From Acidimicrobiales bacterium (GTDB taxonomy: Bacteria; Actinomycetota; Acidimicrobiia; Acidimicrobiales; CAVXTF01), in assembly GCA_049281195.1 (NCBI GenBank), contig JBAPRR010000428.1, positions 8,267-72,266 on the forward strand: a DNA stretch of 64,000 nucleotides. Reading direction: 5' to 3'. The translations under genes were made by a program, and so were the position numbers. The notes beneath the pieces were generated by a model. It had not been told where the DNA came from. It worked only from the letters and a program-made list of their open reading frames with translations, and searched no databases. Within the stretch, counting starts at the first letter, position 1. Every line of letters begins with the position of its first letter. This document shows, in pieces, positions 63,726 through 64,000 of the stretch.

Positions 63726-64000
63726 CTACCTGTCAGCGAGAAGTTCAGCGACGCGCGCCGAGAAGTAGGTGAGCACCGCGCTCGCACCGGCCCGCTTGAT
63801 GGCGGTCAACTGCTCGATGGCGGCCGCGTCAGCGTCTATCCACCCGCGCTCCGCGGCGGCTTGGACCATCGAGTACTCGCCTGACACCTGGTATGCGGTC
63901 ACAGGAACGTCCACGGTTGCCGCGGCGGCTGAGATCACGTCGAGGTAAGGCAGCGCCGGCTTGATCATCACCATGTCCGCACCTTCTGCGATGTCGAGAG
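63726..64000 (-). CDS. hemB: Porphobilinogen synthase (delta-aminolevulinate dehydratase), 3' part only; continues beyond the window
   Basis: C-terminal sequence MIKPALPYLDVI...AYQVSGEYSM...ILTYF-type (here VLTYFSARVAELL). The frame is open to the window edge. Confidence 0.85.
   Translation of the reverse strand, partial: LDIAEGADMVMIKPALPYLDVISAAAATVDVPVTAYQVSGEYSMVQAAAERGWIDADAAAIEQLTAIKRAGASAVLTYFSARVAELLADR

Overview
High-GC, gene-dense chromosomal segment with an actinobacterial-type gene set, inferred from gene content only. No rRNA, tRNA, CRISPR array, transposase or integrase was recognised. Most of it is core respiration and heme metabolism. The aa3 cytochrome oxidase genes ctaC-ctaD-ctaF are on the + strand. 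The bc1 and oxidase genes ctaE-qcrC-qcrA-qcrB and a complete nuoA-N complex I operon (36.4-52.9 kb) are on the - strand. Heme genes are hemE-hemH-hemY (13.4-17.2 kb) and hemL plus the 3' end of hemB (62.4-64.0 kb). Other recognisable genes are a HelD-like helicase, an Lnt-like acyltransferase, an MprF-like protein, an acyl-CoA ligase, a GNAT, a geranylgeranyl-reductase-family flavoprotein, a GT39-like glycosyltransferase and a SAM methyltransferase. The most unusual locus is a tightly packed - strand operon at 26.5-35.4 kb. It runs pstC-pstA-pstB, then two PstS-family binding proteins that end in a C-terminal TM helix and polybasic tail. These are followed by a sortase-fold membrane protein in which the catalytic His and Cys are replaced (Arg, Ser), and by a cupredoxin-like lipoprotein. 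A third PstS paralog lies just downstream. Other points worth a second look:
- The Lnt homolog has its nucleophilic Cys replaced by Ser and is translationally coupled to hemY.
- The MprF-like protein has an N-terminal region that looks like a degenerate metallophosphoesterase.
- A four-gene non-respiratory insert (3.5-6.4 kb) sits between the cta and qcr clusters and includes a pRiA4b ORF-3-like gene.
- A 17-bp tandem repeat at the nuoC/nuoD junction creates a relay of ATGA-overlapping mini-ORFs.
- A paralogous membrane-protein pair sits next to a large secreted double-propeller protein.
- Many short in-frame tandem repeats occur in housekeeping proteins, and several tandem repeat arrays occur in intergenic regions.
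All calls rest on reading the translations and sequence by eye. No database search was run.
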